In this document: piece by piece, positions 63,476-64,000 of the stretch
Numbering within the stretch: the first letter of the stretch is position 1
Layout: each line of letters starts with the position of its first letter
Assembly (NCBI GenBank): GCA_046530785.1
Contig: JBHEQT010000006.1
Location: 12,726-76,725, forward strand
Source of the DNA: Arsenophonus sp.
GTDB lineage: Bacteria > Pseudomonadota > Gammaproteobacteria > Enterobacterales > Enterobacteriaceae
Direction: 5' to 3'
DNA length: 64,000 nt
Position numbers and translations under genes: made by a program
Notes under the pieces: model-generated
The model's input: only the letters and a program-made list of their open reading frames with translations
What the model was told of the DNA's origin: nothing
Databases searched by the model: none

Positions 63476-64000
63476 TAAAAGAACCTTTAAATAACTCATA
63501 TATTTAGTGCTGTTCACTTTCGATTTTATCTTATTAACTTTATATTCAAATTTCTTTTTATACAATTAAAATCCTAATTCTCATTCCCTTTATATTACTG
63601 ATATATTTTTAAGATTTTAATAAATTTCTAAAATCTTCTTTTAAAGTTCAATAAAGTATTTATTTACCTTTTTATTAAGTTATTGATTATAGATAGATTT
63701 TTAGTTGATTTTATAGAATCTTCTTAAAGATCAATTATCTATAGTTCTCTATCTTTTTAAGATTAAAAAAATAAAGTTTTGAAAAAATATACTTTTATAA
63801 AGTATATAGATATAGCTTAAATTTAGTTATTATTCATTTTTTAAAATCTTTTTATTTCCAAATAATAAATTATATCTTCATCAAGATTAATTATTTTTAA
63901 TTAACTTATTATTAATATTTAAATTTAAAATGAATCCAGATATAGGAGAATTTTATTTTTCAATTTTTAGTTATGAAAAAATTCATTATAAAATATATAC

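Overview
This window comes from a very AT-rich, heavily eroded enterobacterial genome, most likely an obligate insect or leech endosymbiont. A Morganellaceae (Arsenophonus/Providencia-like) assignment is an inference from protein style and is not established. Gene order follows the E. coli 52-50 min backbone read in reverse (aroC, fabB, pdxB, truA, accD, folC, purF, pta/ackA, alaA, lrhA, nuo, nrdAB, ubiG, gyrA, rcs), followed by tRNA-Ser(UGA). Only 15 intact CDS (about 16.9 kb, about 26% of the window) and one tRNA remain. Most of the rest is not true intergenic DNA but recognisable, nearly full-length ghosts of genes: sixA, fadL, prmB, mepA, epmC, mnmC, usg, dedA, yfcH, yfbV, yfbR, lrhA, the whole nuoA-N operon, nrdAB, rcsC/B and yccA, plus a much younger alaA pseudogene. 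I found no mobile element, prophage, CRISPR array, defence system or novel multi-gene system. The most unusual signals are: (i) long perfect palindromes and inverted repeats confined to dead DNA, some apparently inserted by fold-back copying; (ii) apparent loss of class Ia ribonucleotide reductase and complex I while ubiquinone and Pta-AckA genes are kept; (iii) conserved FadR and FabR operators at fabB versus a decayed PurR box at cvpA-purF; (iv) a folC start codon that appears to have mutated ATG->ATA; (v) a tRNA-Ser with an A73 discriminator. Pseudogene calls were made by eye against remembered E. coli protein sequences, so boundaries are approximate (about +/-100 bp) and need tBLASTn or HMM confirmation.
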